Source: a virus
Lineage: Duplodnaviria; Caudoviricetes
Direction: 5' to 3' (one strand)
DNA length: 37,315 nt
Virus record (IMG/VR): IMGVR_UViG_3300037461_001042
Coordinates: 1-37,315 of that record
Part shown: in pieces, positions 16,433-24,160 of the stretch
How the letters are laid out: every line of letters begins with the position of its first letter
How positions within the stretch are numbered: position 1 is the stretch's first letter
Notes under the pieces: generated by a model
What the model saw: only the letters and a program-made list of their open reading frames with translations
The model's database searches: none
What the model was told of the DNA's origin: nothing
Made by a program: the position numbers and the translations under genes

Positions 16433-16849
16433 ATGAGAATATATTTGTTTATTCTGCTTTTTTGTATTTCATGTTCAAAAGAAATTTCTGGAATCTATGC
16501 TCCGGTGAATTCAGATTCGAGCATTAAACAGATTGAATTTTCTCCGCCTATAAAGGCAATTGTTTCCTGGAAGCCGGATAAAAAATCTCAGGAATTATAT
16601 GATCAAATCAAAGAACTCAATAAATATTCTCAGGGAATCGACAGAATGTCAAACGAATCCACGTTGTCAATGCTTAAGGAGTCAGCCGAAGGAAGGATCG
16701 ATATAAATGATTATGAGTTCAAAGATAATGTTTTAATTTTCCGGGGTGGCTTGATGAAAGTAATCACTGCGGTTTTTGATATTGACGGTGAAAAATTGAA
16801 AGGAAGAAAAGGTTATAATTTAGCAGAGGATTTTATAAAGAAAAAATGA
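16433..16849 (+). CDS. Lipoprotein moron (possible superinfection exclusion)
   Basis: GGAGG RBS; MRIYLFILLFCISC signal/lipobox; AT-rich; own promoter. Confidence 0.65.
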   Translation: MRIYLFILLFCISCSKEISGIYAPVNSDSSIKQIEFSPPIKAIVSWKPDKKSQELYDQIKELNKYSQGIDRMSNESTLSMLKESAEGRIDINDYEFKDNVLIFRGGLMKVITAVFDIDGEKLKGRKGYNLAEDFIKKK

Positions 16850-17061
16850 TTCTTCAAGGAAATGAAGCATATAACAAATTCATAATAAATATAGAAGGGT
16901 GGGGGCTTTTCAGAATACGTTTTAATTTTTTAATCTATATTCAGAAATTTTTTTTCAATGGGGCATGTTCGGCGGATGAATCGGAGTCCCACCTTCTCTC
17001 AATATACGGATAGGCGGAGGAGTGGGTTGAGGTATTTGGGAAGTGTCTGGTTTCTTGATTC

Positions 17062-17607
17062 TCATGAAATTTTTGTAGCAAAACTCAATAAAATTTTTTC
17101 GGTAATTTCACTTCTTTCATCGCACATTTGTAGAACTTCGTTATGTATTGATCCTTTGAAATAATATAATTTTATAACAATTCCTTCGTCTTTTACAGAT
17201 TGTATCGCTGGGCAAAAATCGCTGTCGCCGGCAATAATAATTGCTTTTTCAATACTTCGTTTTAAACCCATTTTAACAAGATCGATTGAGAATAATACAT
17301 CAACTTGTTTTTGAATAAATGTGGAATCTATTTTTTGTACTTTCCCCTTACGTAATTCAAATTTTGGTATGCCTTTCAAATAGTTTATAAATTTTTCTTT
17401 AGAAGACTGTTTGATTTTTTCTTCAGGTGTTGGAATTTTTCCAATATAGGGCATTGCATAATAATAATAGGTTCTCACAATATCATCTGTTTTATTATCT
17501 TTGGAAATATATTCTATCATTTTATTGAAATCAATTCTGTATTTACATGAGGGGCTGAATGTGCATTTTTCTAAATAGGCACCATCTACAAAAAGCATTG
17601 ATTTCAA
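17062..17607 (-). CDS. NYN-domain (LabA/DUF88, PIN-like) ribonuclease
   Basis: FVDGAY, RTYYY, QKQVDV, GDSDF acidic motifs; start placed at the TTG after GGAGG. Confidence 0.9.
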   Translation of the reverse strand: MKSMLFVDGAYLEKCTFSPSCKYRIDFNKMIEYISKDNKTDDIVRTYYYYAMPYIGKIPTPEEKIKQSSKEKFINYLKGIPKFELRKGKVQKIDSTFIQKQVDVLFSIDLVKMGLKRSIEKAIIIAGDSDFCPAIQSVKDEGIVIKLYYFKGSIHNEVLQMCDERSEITEKILLSFATKIS

Positions 17608-17617
17608 AATTTCCTCC

Positions 17618-17648
17618 AAAAAAAAGGGCACAATAAATGCGCCCTTTT
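17618..17648 (-). terminator. Rho-independent terminator immediately upstream of the NYN RBS
   Basis: Minus strand GGGCGCA-TTTAT-TGTGCCC + T8, then GGAGG. Confidence 0.85.
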
Positions 17649-17657
17649 CGTTTTTTT

Positions 17658-17735
17658 AATCAAAACCTGTTCTCTTTAAGGAAAACAGGGAGAATCAAAC
17701 CTATACTCTGGTTTTGAATATAGGGCTAATCAAGT
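17658..17735 (-). ncRNA. Putative repeat-hairpin leader/antitoxin RNA (two 35-nt units)
   Basis: TTGATT three times at exact 35-nt spacing, separating two 9-bp covarying hairpins. Confidence 0.65.
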
Positions 17736-17740
17736 AATTA

Positions 17741-17769
17741 AATTTACTTATTTATCGGAATGCTGTCAA
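17741..17769 (-). promoter_or_regulatory. Sigma70-like promoter for the repeat RNA-NYN unit
   Basis: Minus strand TTGACA-N17-TAAATT. Confidence 0.75.
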
Positions 17770-17814
17770 ATATAAAAATAAATAATTTTATTAAATTTTT
17801 TGCTCTATTTTTCC

Positions 17815-17923
17815 TTGACCTCTACATATCCGTTTAGTATGTTATTGCCATGGGTGCAAGCCGGTATCACCGCCTTATCTTGCACCGGGGTTCTACCTGG
17901 GAAAACAGTAGCGAACTGAGGGT
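17815..17923 (+). repeat. Promoter + hairpin element, copy 1
   Basis: TTGACC-N17-TATGTT then GGTGCAAG..CGCCTT..CTTGCA..TTCTA..GGGAAA..TAGCG..TGAGGGT; homologous to 19343-19446. Confidence 0.75.
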
Positions 17924-17933
17924 GAAGATAAAA

Positions 17934-19223
17934 TTATTTAATCAGCAAGCTTTCTCTGTACTGTTCAGCTGGTGCCTGTTTTACAACATCAACAATATTA
18001 TCAAAATTATTTTTTATAACTTTTTCAATCTCATAAATATCGGCACGGAAAAATTCTTTTCTATTGTTCAATTTATTGATTCTATTATTGTAAAAATGTT
18101 GATGAATTTTGGACTCAAGATCTGGAGCATTATCTGAGAAAATCATTGCATGAACATCAAAGGAAAATGGTACGGAGGCATCACCTAATTCATCAACTCG
18201 ATCCATAGGCTCTAATCTTCTTGTCATTCCGATTTTATAAACATTTTCTCCGAAAGCACCAATATTTGATATGACATATACATATCCAGCTTTTGCATTC
18301 TGTTCACGATAGTCGATAACCTTTTCTTCTTTATCAAGTTCTCCGAGTTGTGTATTCATCTGGTTGATTTTTTCCACAATTGATTCCTTTTCTTTTTCAT
18401 CGGGTGTTATGGTTAGTCTTGATTCCAGGTCTTTGATGGCTGTTTTGAAGTGTTTCCTTTCTTTTATTATTTTTTCTCTCGCCAATTTGATTTCCTGTTC
18501 AAGTTTTTGTTGTTCGCGCTGTTCTTCTCGGATTCGTTTTAACTCTTCTTTTTCTTCCTGCTTTTTTTGTTGATATTCAAAAGCTAAATATAATTCATCA
18601 AGTTTAAATTTTTTGTATGTGCTATTTATAAATACATGCATTATACTTCCCAATTTATTTAGTGTATCAAATGATTTTTCTATTCTTTTTTCTGAGCTTT
18701 CAATGTTATTGAACTTCACATTGTCAACGCAATAATCACATTCGTTATTAAACGAACGTAATACAAGTTTAATCATGTCATTAACCATTTTTTTGCCTTG
18801 GCTCTTGTTATTATTTACTGTCCAACCTTGGCTTCCGATTGCGGCCGTCCCTGATTTTACCATTTGTTTTTGTTCGTTTCTTATTTCATTGAGGCGGTTT
18901 TTATATTCATCACTGGTAAGAAAATTGAATTTCGGTTTATAAAGAGAAAAACTTTCCAGAAGAAGCTCTTCATCCAACATAATGATTTCATTTTTCTTCT
19001 CAAAAATTATATTTGATAGATCATTGATTTCATTTTTATATTGATCAATATTTGTCATCAAAGATTCTTTTTCTTGTTTTAGATCATTGATTTTATTTTG
19101 AATCTCAATTGCTTCGGTAGCATTTATCTTTTCAAATAGTGTTTTTAATTTTTCATTTTGAAATATTAGTTCTTCATTTTCGCGTTTAATTTGTGGGGCT
19201 TTAAAAAAATCACGAATATTCAT
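17934..19223 (-). CDS. DUF4041 + T5orf172/MUG113 (GIY-YIG-like) protein; PD-lambda-1-like defence candidate
   Basis: LRSFNNECD, ELYLAFEY, AGYVYVISNIGAFGENVYKIGMTRRLEPMDRVDELGDASVPF, RKEFF. Confidence 0.88.
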   Translation of the reverse strand: MNIRDFFKAPQIKRENEELIFQNEKLKTLFEKINATEAIEIQNKINDLKQEKESLMTNIDQYKNEINDLSNIIFEKKNEIIMLDEELLLESFSLYKPKFNFLTSDEYKNRLNEIRNEQKQMVKSGTAAIGSQGWTVNNNKSQGKKMVNDMIKLVLRSFNNECDYCVDNVKFNNIESSEKRIEKSFDTLNKLGSIMHVFINSTYKKFKLDELYLAFEYQQKKQEEKEELKRIREEQREQQKLEQEIKLAREKIIKERKHFKTAIKDLESRLTITPDEKEKESIVEKINQMNTQLGELDKEEKVIDYREQNAKAGYVYVISNIGAFGENVYKIGMTRRLEPMDRVDELGDASVPFSFDVHAMIFSDNAPDLESKIHQHFYNNRINKLNNRKEFFRADIYEIEKVIKNNFDNIVDVVKQAPAEQYRESLLIK

Positions 19224-19342
19224 ACAAACCTCAATTTCAAAAAATTTTTTTTCATGGGGTGAAGTTAAGTCTCTATTTAAATTTTAATAAATCACTATAC
19301 CGATAATACCGCAATATTTTTTTAAAAAACGGTAAAATATTA

Positions 19343-19446
19343 TTGACTAACTTTTGTGTAGTAGTTATTTTTTATTGAGGTGCAAGCCGTTTATTCGCCT
19401 TGAATCTTGCATAATTCTATCCGGGAAATAATAGCGTAATGAGGGT
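19343..19446 (+). repeat. Promoter + hairpin element, copy 2
   Basis: TTGACT-N17-TATTTT then the same ordered blocks as 17815-17923. Confidence 0.75.
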
Positions 19447-19494
19447 AGACGATGAGCACATTATCACGAAAAGAAAAAATTATTCTTGCTGATA

Positions 19495-19842
19495 TTAAAA
19501 AGATTCTGAAAGAGATTCTTGAGCAAGACGTAAGGCCGTCCTGATATGTTCGAGTAGAATTATTCTTTTTTCTTTTTTTATTTTATTCATCATCTGACAA
19601 ATTTCGATGAAATCAGGATGAATATTATATTCTTTTGCAATTTGACTTTTATCAAGAAAAAATTCCCATATATTGATATTTAATGCCTCACATACCTGTT
19701 CAATTCTATTTAATGGCGGGTAAGTGCTTTTTTCGAGTTCAGAAAGACTGGATTGAGCAACTTGCATTTTTTCTGCAAGTTCGCTTTGTTGCATATCTTT
19801 TAGCTTCCTAAGCTCTTTTATTCTGTAACCGTAGCTTCTCAT
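19495..19842 (-). CDS. XRE-family HTH repressor (CI-like, no peptidase domain)
   Basis: RIKELRKLKDMQQSELAEKMQVAQSSLSELEK; divergent from the early operon. Confidence 0.88.
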   Translation of the reverse strand: MRSYGYRIKELRKLKDMQQSELAEKMQVAQSSLSELEKSTYPPLNRIEQVCEALNINIWEFFLDKSQIAKEYNIHPDFIEICQMMNKIKKEKRIILLEHIRTALRLAQESLSESF

Positions 19843-19922
19843 TTCATATCTCGATAATTACAATAAAATCATAGAATCCGATATTCTCAATAATAAAATT
19901 CGGAAATTTAGATTTTTTTTAC

Positions 19923-19950
19923 TTGACATATCGGTATTATATAATATATT
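19923..19950 (+). promoter_or_regulatory. Early rightward promoter
   Basis: TTGACA-N16-TATATT in the divergent intergenic region. Confidence 0.6.
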
Positions 19951-19999
19951 GATAATTAAATACAGCAGAGTATAAAAATACGAAACAAGGAAATGTGTT

Positions 20000-20167
20000 A
20001 TGTCTCTTAAACTAATAAATCGGCAGGCGAATGTTATTGCTGAACAAAAAACATTGAAGGAGTTCAAAGAAATTTGCATCCGGCGTGGATTGAAGATAGG
20101 TCGCGTTCTTGGCGAATTCATCGAACGATATGTCGCTGAAAATGGTACTGCCGGCGGTTGTAAATAA
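20000..20167 (+). CDS. 55-aa ribbon-helix-helix-like protein in the Cro position
   Basis: MSLKLINRQANVIAEQKTLKEFKEICIRRGLKIGRVLGEFIERYVAEN; TAATG coupling to next gene. Confidence 0.6.
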   Translation: MSLKLINRQANVIAEQKTLKEFKEICIRRGLKIGRVLGEFIERYVAENGTAGGCK

Positions 20168-20388
20168 TGACAGCCCTCACGCCAAAACAGTACCGCGTTT
20201 TTTTGTTTATCGAAAAGTACATCCGCGACAACGGCTTCTCGCCCTCGGTACGCGATATCGCGAAACAATTCGACATGGGTGAAAAAGGCGCGTATGACCA
20301 CATGAACGCGCTCAGGAAAAAAAACAAGATCACATGGGTGAAAAACACCGCGAGGTCGATCCGGATCGTGGAGGTAAAGAATTCATGA
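20167..20388 (+). CDS. LexA DNA-binding-domain-only protein
   Basis: LTPKQYRVFLFIEKYIRDNGFSPSVRDIA...HMNALRKK...ARSIRI. Confidence 0.85.
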   Translation: MTALTPKQYRVFLFIEKYIRDNGFSPSVRDIAKQFDMGEKGAYDHMNALRKKNKITWVKNTARSIRIVEVKNS

Positions 20389-20780
20389 AAGAACGGGAAT
20401 ACAAGCATAAGCTCAGCAACTTTCTCGTGGACCCTCTCTTCGCTCTTTCCCGGCAGCCGGAAGGCAAGGGGCGCATCTCGCGGATCGGCATCACTCACCC
20501 TCAGATCGCGAATTTTTCAAAGCTGAAATACTGGGGTTTTGTGGACAAAATCGGCGGCGGCGATTGGGCCATTACGCATGTCGGCTGGGAATTCATCCGC
20601 GGCCGGCTCCAGGTGTATGAATACGTGCATACCTACAGCGATAAGCGGCTTCGGTTTTCCGGGAACCTCATATCGATCAAGGACATCGGGAACGATTACT
20701 GGCAGCGGAATGAGTATGTCAAGAACAGTACGCGGATCACCGCCGAGGAGAAAGACCAGACCGGGGACCTGTTCAGATGA
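20385..20780 (+). CDS. Hypothetical protein
   Basis: GGAGG RBS and ATGA coupling. Confidence 0.6.
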   Translation: MKEREYKHKLSNFLVDPLFALSRQPEGKGRISRIGITHPQIANFSKLKYWGFVDKIGGGDWAITHVGWEFIRGRLQVYEYVHTYSDKRLRFSGNLISIKDIGNDYWQRNEYVKNSTRITAEEKDQTGDLFR

Positions 20781-20971
20781 TCATCGATGAGACATTCAAA
20801 TTCGATCGGCCGCTCACGCCCGAGCAGCGGGAACACCTCCAGCAGTGGTTTGCGGGCCTGATCAAGACGCTCAAGGTAGAGCATCAGAGAAATATCGAGC
20901 GAAAGCGCAAACTGAAAAAGGAAACTAAACAGGTGAGGAAGAAACGCAATGCTATTCAAAAAGCAAAATAA
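20777..20971 (+). CDS. Hypothetical protein
   Basis: Coupled ORF in early operon. Confidence 0.5.
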   Translation: MIIDETFKFDRPLTPEQREHLQQWFAGLIKTLKVEHQRNIERKRKLKKETKQVRKKRNAIQKAK

Positions 20972-21245
20972 AAAAAATCGGTCGGCCGGAGTGACGAGAA
21001 AATGCGTTGTCTGCGGAGAAGATTACGAGGTCCGCAGATGGGGAAAGAAATACTGCCGAAAGCCTGATTGCGAAAAGAAATACCTGAAAATTGACATTCC
21101 AAAGCCTGCCATTAGAATATCAATCCGTCCGCTTATATGCCAGTACCGCGATCTTGAAAAACAAAAATTGAAACTCAAACGCCGTGAGGCGAAAGAATTA
21201 TTGAAAAGGATGAGAAGGAATCAAAAAAAATCAAACGGGAGGTAG
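20949..21245 (+). CDS. Basic Cys-motif hypothetical protein
   Basis: CVVCG...KKYCRKPDC. Confidence 0.55.
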   Translation: MLFKKQNKKNRSAGVTRKCVVCGEDYEVRRWGKKYCRKPDCEKKYLKIDIPKPAIRISIRPLICQYRDLEKQKLKLKRREAKELLKRMRRNQKKSNGR

Positions 21246-21247
21246 CC

Positions 21248-21430
21248 ATGAAAGCGATGGTTGGGATTATCACGGACCGGCCGCTCAAGGGCGCCGAGCA
21301 GGTAAAGAGGGTTTTGAGTAAATCGTATCAGCGTCCGAGGTTCAAGAATTTTTTCTGCGACGAGACTGTGGCCTTCCAGTTGCGGGACCTGGAGAAAAAG
21401 GACATCGAACTTTTCAATGTGAGAAAATAG
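21248..21430 (+). CDS. Hypothetical protein
   Basis: GGAGG RBS. Confidence 0.55.
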   Translation: MKAMVGIITDRPLKGAEQVKRVLSKSYQRPRFKNFFCDETVAFQLRDLEKKDIELFNVRK

Positions 21431-21449
21431 AAAAGCCGCTTTCGCGGCT
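21431..21449 (-). terminator. Antisense-oriented terminator hairpin
   Basis: Minus strand AGCCGC-GAAA-GCGGCT-TTT. Confidence 0.6.
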
Positions 21450-21470
21450 CCCATTCAACACAATGAGGTA

Positions 21471-21983
21471 ATGATAATGAACAGCACCGAATCTGTCAAG
21501 CAAAATCAGAAAGAATTTTCAGCGGATGATCTGGTTGCCATCAATGCCGATTTAACCGACTCCCTTTTGGCATTCGTCGAGATCATCGACGACATGCCGG
21601 ATGAGGTCCGCATGGTGTCGCTTGAAATCATGAAGCATATGCGCTCGAGGCTTTGGGAAATAGTGGGTTATGTTGAGGCGCGGATCGTCGAGAGCATGCT
21701 CAAGGATGACACAAAAAAAATATCATACCGGGACAGTGAAGGGAAATCGAAAGAGGCCATGATCAAGGCGAAAACACCGAAGTGTACCAGGAAGGACGAG
21801 GAGGCCATGGCCATTTACGAAAGCAACGGATTCGACCGGCATGACATTGGTGATGATGTTTTTCTGGTGTCCTGGGCGAAGGCGAAAAAGGCCATGGATT
21901 ATTCCGGAGACAAGAAGCGCGTGATCGAGTCACTTTTCAAAAGTGAGGGGTTCACTCTCGCGGTAAAGGAAGTGGCAAAATGA
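21471..21983 (+). CDS. Hypothetical protein
   Basis: GAGG RBS; 170-aa ORF. Confidence 0.7.
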   Translation: MIMNSTESVKQNQKEFSADDLVAINADLTDSLLAFVEIIDDMPDEVRMVSLEIMKHMRSRLWEIVGYVEARIVESMLKDDTKKISYRDSEGKSKEAMIKAKTPKCTRKDEEAMAIYESNGFDRHDIGDDVFLVSWAKAKKAMDYSGDKKRVIESLFKSEGFTLAVKEVAK

Positions 21984-22105
21984 CATACGCGATAGTGACA
22001 CATAAATGTCCGAAGTGCGGCGGGAATATGTCGGGCGGTGCTCCGCATGGTCCATGGTCAACGCAGTATGAATGCCACTCCTGCGGCTATATCTGGCACA
22101 ACTGA
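21980..22105 (+). CDS. 41-aa zinc-ribbon protein
   Basis: CPKCGG...YECHSCGYIW; ATGA coupling. Confidence 0.6.
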   Translation: MTYAIVTHKCPKCGGNMSGGAPHGPWSTQYECHSCGYIWHN

Positions 22106-22114
22106 GGGTCAGTA

Positions 22115-22417
22115 ATGTCCAGGGCAAAATCAATTAAGTTAAAATGTCACGAATGTTCGGGCGATCGGAAAGAGATCCGGAATTGTGAATTCTCTCAGTG
22201 CCCTCTATGGGTTTTCAGGAATGGCCGTCAGGTCGAGAGTGCATATGACGACATGAATGTAAGATATACGCGGTCAATGGCTGTTAAAAAATATTGTCTC
22301 TGGTGCATGGGAAACGATCTGGAAAGCGTAAAATCATGTATCGACGAAAAGTGCCCTTTTTTTGAGTTTTCACACCGGAAGGTACAAACAGGCGTCCTTT
22401 CAAATGGACATGCCTAA
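22115..22417 (+). CDS. Cys-rich protein with duplicated CxxC...C...CP motif
   Basis: KCHECSG..NCEFSQCPLW and YCLWCMG..SCIDEKCPFF. Confidence 0.65.
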   Translation: MSRAKSIKLKCHECSGDRKEIRNCEFSQCPLWVFRNGRQVESAYDDMNVRYTRSMAVKKYCLWCMGNDLESVKSCIDEKCPFFEFSHRKVQTGVLSNGHA

Positions 22418-22486
22418 AATGGCCGAAAAAGCGGTGTTTTTCGGCAATAGAATCGATTCTACAGGGTATTCTGTGAGGTTAAAAAC

Positions 22487-22729
22487 ATGGGGTCAACGTG
22501 TTCTCTTAAAATCAAGGACGAAATCAAGTACCGGCGAAGCAAGGCGAACGAGTGGAAGTGTGCCCAATGTATCAATTCCGTGCACATAAAAATCCGTGGG
22601 ATTGGAAACGAGGATCTCGGGTTTCAGTATCGCTGTAAGCTCATGGGACTCGGTGCGTCGAAGCGATACAGGATACAACCGGATCATACATGCGATAGAT
22701 GGGCAAATGGATTTATTTTTTCAACTTAA
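22487..22729 (+). CDS. Cys-containing hypothetical protein
   Basis: CAQC...C...HTCDRW. Confidence 0.55.
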   Translation: MGSTCSLKIKDEIKYRRSKANEWKCAQCINSVHIKIRGIGNEDLGFQYRCKLMGLGASKRYRIQPDHTCDRWANGFIFST

Positions 22730-22740
22730 GGGGGAATAAA

Positions 22741-23205
22741 ATGGCATCAGATTTAAACAGAGTAGTTTTGATCGGAAGGTTGACTCGCGATCCTGAGCTG
22801 CGGCACACGGCCGACGGGACCGCGGTGGCAAGTTTTTCCCTGGCAAACGGGAAGACGTATGTGAAGAACAACGAGAAACGGGAGCAGACATCATTTTTCA
22901 ATTGTGTGGCCTGGGGAAAGCTCGGCGATGTCGTCGCGCAGTGGGCAAAAAAGGGTCACAGGATCGGCATCGAGGGCCGGCTGCAGCAGCGCACATGGGA
23001 CGACAAGGACGGGAACAGGAGGCAATCGGTCGAGATCGTGATCGAGAACCTCCAATTCCTGCAGCCGAAGAGCGACGGCAACAAAGGCAGCCAGGGCGCC
23101 GCGGATCCCGGTCCGGCGCCGGAGGGGAATCCACTTGAATCGGGAACAGAGACGGGATCGGCTCCACCGGTCACGCCGTTTTCTGACGATGATTTGCCAT
23201 TCTGA
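22741..23205 (+). CDS. ssb: Single-stranded DNA-binding protein
   Basis: NRVVLIGRLTRDPELR, FFNCVAWGK, IEGRLQQR, C-terminal DDDLPF. Confidence 0.96.
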   Translation: MASDLNRVVLIGRLTRDPELRHTADGTAVASFSLANGKTYVKNNEKREQTSFFNCVAWGKLGDVVAQWAKKGHRIGIEGRLQQRTWDDKDGNRRQSVEIVIENLQFLQPKSDGNKGSQGAADPGPAPEGNPLESGTETGSAPPVTPFSDDDLPF

Positions 23206-23223
23206 GTGCTGGAGGACCGGGGC

Positions 23224-23316
23224 ATGAGGAGACATAATCAATATGTGGTCTTCGTTCTGGTAACGATCATTTATTACCTGGCGATGTATATTTTCGTAAA
23301 AATTTTTGTGAGGTAG
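23224..23316 (+). CDS. 30-aa hydrophobic peptide
   Basis: GGAGG RBS; MRRHNQYVVFVLVTIIYYLAMYIFVKIFVR. Confidence 0.45.
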   Translation: MRRHNQYVVFVLVTIIYYLAMYIFVKIFVR

Positions 23317-23326
23317 GTTTATTTTA

Positions 23327-24160
23327 ATGGCTCAACGTAGAATGTTCAGTAAAACAATTACGAGTTCCGCACGTTTTTTGAAAATGCCCGTCGATAGTCA
23401 GAATTTATATTTCCACCTCGGTATGAACGCAGATGATGATGGTGTCGTTGAAGCGTTTTCGATTATGAGGGCCGTCGGCAGCAACGAGGATAATCTCAAG
23501 GTTCTCGCCTCGCGAAATTTCGTCAAGATACTGAACGAAGATTTGGTCACGTTTATTACCGACTGGAGGGAGCACAATCTGATTCGTGCTGATAGAAAAG
23601 TCAACAGCATCCACAGAAAATTACTACTCCAGATCGTACCGGAAATTGAATTGATCAAACAAAAACCTCGGGCAGATACAGGAAAACCGACCGGGGAACC
23701 CTCTGGACGTCCGATGGACGCCGAATGGACCGCACAGGTTAGGTTAGGTAAGGATAGTTTAGGAGAGGTTAGGACAGAGAGAGAGGGCGCTGACGCGCCC
23801 TCGGGCGGCAAGCCGCCCCGCTCTGTGCCTAAAAAATTTATCCCGCCGACAGTTTCTGAGATCAGGGAATACCTCAAAGAAAAACAGATCACTTCTTTCG
23901 CTCCCGAACAATTCCATGCTTTCTATGCGAGCAAGGGCTGGATGGTAGGGAAAAACAAAATGGTGGATTGGCACGGCGCGGTCGAGACATGGCGGCGCAG
24001 GAAAGAGGAGGATTCGCGAGCCGGACCGAAGAATGAGCCGAAGCTGTTCAGGAGCCGGGACGCATTTCTCGAATCAATACCTGAAGAAATGCGGGATGAA
24101 TTTTTCAAGAACGGCACAATCAGCGAAATCAAGCACAAGGAGATCAAGCATGACGCATGA
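23327..24160 (+). CDS. Phage replication initiator (replisome organiser type)
   Basis: MAQRRMFSK...LYFHLGMNADDDG; C-terminal FIPPTVSE..FHAFYASKGWMVGKNKMVDW. Confidence 0.85.
   Translation: MAQRRMFSKTITSSARFLKMPVDSQNLYFHLGMNADDDGVVEAFSIMRAVGSNEDNLKVLASRNFVKILNEDLVTFITDWREHNLIRADRKVNSIHRKLLLQIVPEIELIKQKPRADTGKPTGEPSGRPMDAEWTAQVRLGKDSLGEVRTEREGADAPSGGKPPRSVPKKFIPPTVSEIREYLKEKQITSFAPEQFHAFYASKGWMVGKNKMVDWHGAVETWRRRKEEDSRAGPKNEPKLFRSRDAFLESIPEEMRDEFFKNGTISEIKHKEIKHDA

Noticed and set aside
17658-17735. Mini-CRISPR array
   Set aside because: The constant part is only 6 nt and the variable parts are the hairpins, the reverse of CRISPR organisation.
17850-18137. 95-aa plus-strand ORF
   Set aside because: Mostly antisense to the DUF4041 gene, and the frame is not conserved in the homologous element at 19379.
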